64,000 nt of DNA from Thermoplasmata archaeon (GTDB lineage: Archaea > Thermoplasmatota > E2 > JACPAO01 > JAHFTW01), in NCBI GenBank assembly GCA_034667725.1, contig JAXDQS010000003.1, forward strand, positions 256,001-320,000, given 5' to 3'. Under the pieces are notes generated by a model. It did no database searches. It was not told where the DNA came from and worked only from the letters and a program-made list of their open reading frames with translations. Of this stretch, positions 62,894-64,000 are shown piece after piece. Made by a program: the position numbers and the translations under genes. Position 1 is the first letter of the stretch; the number at the start of each line of letters is the position of its first letter.

Positions 62894-64000
62894 TCAATCG
62901 CTGGATCTGGTTGGTGCCTTCGTAGATGCCGAGGATCTTGGCGTCGCGCCAGTAGCGCTCGACGGGGTAGGCGTCGGTGTAGCCGTTGGCGCCGTGGACC
63001 TGGATGGCGTCCTCGCACACCTTCAGCGACATCTCGGCGACGAACAGCTTGCAGCGCGACACGGCCAGGGTCCAGTCGTCGCGGGTGACCTCGCCGCGGT
63101 CGAACGCCTCGCGGGCGCGGGCGGCCTGCCAGACCAGGAGGCGGCCGGCCATGATCTGGACCTCCATGTCGGCGAGCATCGCCTGGACGAGCTGGAAGTT
63201 GCCGATGGGCTTGCCGAACGCCTTGCGGTCGCGGGCGTAGTCGAGGCTGGCCTCATAGGCGGCCTGCGCGATGCCGACGCCGCCGGCGGCGACGCTGAGG
63301 CGGCCGTGGTTGAGGACGTGCATGGCGTTCTTCCAGCCCTCGCCCTCCTTGCCGATGAGATGGTCGGCGGGGATGCGGCAGTCGGTGAACGCGAGGGTCG
63401 CGGTGGGGCTGCTGCGGAGGCCGAGCTTGTTCTTGGTCTCGACGCCGACGCACTCGAAGCCGGGCGTGCCCTTGTCCACCATGAAGCAGCTGATGCCCTT
63501 GTGGCCCTTGGCGGGGTCGGTCTTGGCGTACACGATGACATGGTCCGCGATGCCGCCGTTGGAGATCCACGCCTTGGTGCCGTCCAGGACGTACTCGTTG
63601 CCCTTGCGGGTCGCCGTGGTGGCCATGCCGGCGGCGTCGGAGCCGGAGCCGGGTTCGGTGAGCGCCCAGGCGCCCAGCTTCTTGCCGGCCGCCATGTCGG
63701 GCAGCCAGCGCTTCTTCTGCTCCGGGCTCGCGAAGTACTTCAGGGTCGAGCCGCACAGCGAGCCGTGCACCGAGATGCTGGTGCGCAGGCTGCTGCAGCC
63801 CTTGGCCAGCTCCTCGGTGAGCAGCGCGTAGGCGACGGCGTCGAGGCCGCCCCCGCCATACTCCGAAGGGAACGGTGCGCCCAGCAGGCCCTGCTCCGCC
63901 ATCCTGGTGTAGATCTCGTGCGGGTGGTCGCCGGCCTCCTCCCACTGCCGCACGATGGCGGGGGTGATGTGCTGCTGGACGAACGCGCGCGTCATGTCGC
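62856..64000 (-). CDS. Acyl-CoA dehydrogenase, 5' end beyond the window
   Basis: ALTEPGSGSD, GTKAWISN, RKAFGKPI, QVHGANGY and IYEGTNQIQR motifs. Confidence 0.95.
   Translation of the reverse strand, partial: DMTRAFVQQHITPAIVRQWEEAGDHPHEIYTRMAEQGLLGAPFPSEYGGGGLDAVAYALLTEELAKGCSSLRTSISVHGSLCGSTLKYFASPEQKKRWLPDMAAGKKLGAWALTEPGSGSDAAGMATTATRKGNEYVLDGTKAWISNGGIADHVIVYAKTDPAKGHKGISCFMVDKGTPGFECVGVETKNKLGLRSSPTATLAFTDCRIPADHLIGKEGEGWKNAMHVLNHGRLSVAAGGVGIAQAAYEASLDYARDRKAFGKPIGNFQLVQAMLADMEVQIMAGRLLVWQAARAREAFDRGEVTRDDWTLAVSRCKLFVAEMSLKVCEDAIQVHGANGYTDAYPVERYWRDAKILGIYEGTNQIQRLIIGRLVTGLRDA

Noticed and set aside
1-64000. Numerous long Arg/Pro/Ala-rich alternative-frame ORFs and N-terminal extensions in the ORF track
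   Set aside because: Stop-codon scarcity at high GC; they overlap well-supported genes

Overview
A high-GC (roughly 70% by eye), gene-dense archaeal chromosome segment, most likely a non-halophilic Thermoplasmatota/Euryarchaeota lineage. The assignment is inferred from Hel308, Cgi121, MptE, DUF373, a CoaD-YjjX fusion, an archaeosortase and a CCA-less tRNA-Arg(GCG). From left to right: (1) 1-17 kb is a cell-surface glycan locus (four soluble glycosyltransferases, a membrane protein, flippase, AlkP-family enzyme, nucleotidyltransferase, wHTH regulator) wrapped around two paralogous FG-GAP beta-propeller proteins, a hybrid PAS kinase and an archaeosortase paired with one substrate carrying a variant IPDLPT sorting signal. 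(2) 17-22 kb is an aerobic egtB/egtC/egtD ergothioneine cluster, with a divergent thiol-dioxygenase-like cupin plus ACAD-fold flavoprotein behind a structured leader. (3) 22-32 kb holds housekeeping and signalling genes. (4) A low-GC HEPN-like gene sits between gcvT and hutG. (5) The histidine utilisation genes are split by a 14.9 kb gene for a 4958-aa secreted protein (degenerate subtilase, beta-helix, Ig-like repeats, beta-sandwiches), preceded by a highly structured ~215 nt intergenic region and followed by a secreted partner. (6) 51-64 kb is core metabolism, including a degenerate MoaC-fold gene. No CRISPR array, rRNA, transposase or integrase is visible. Domain calls come from motif recognition by eye, not database searches. 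Many starts were moved downstream of the ORF-track starts.
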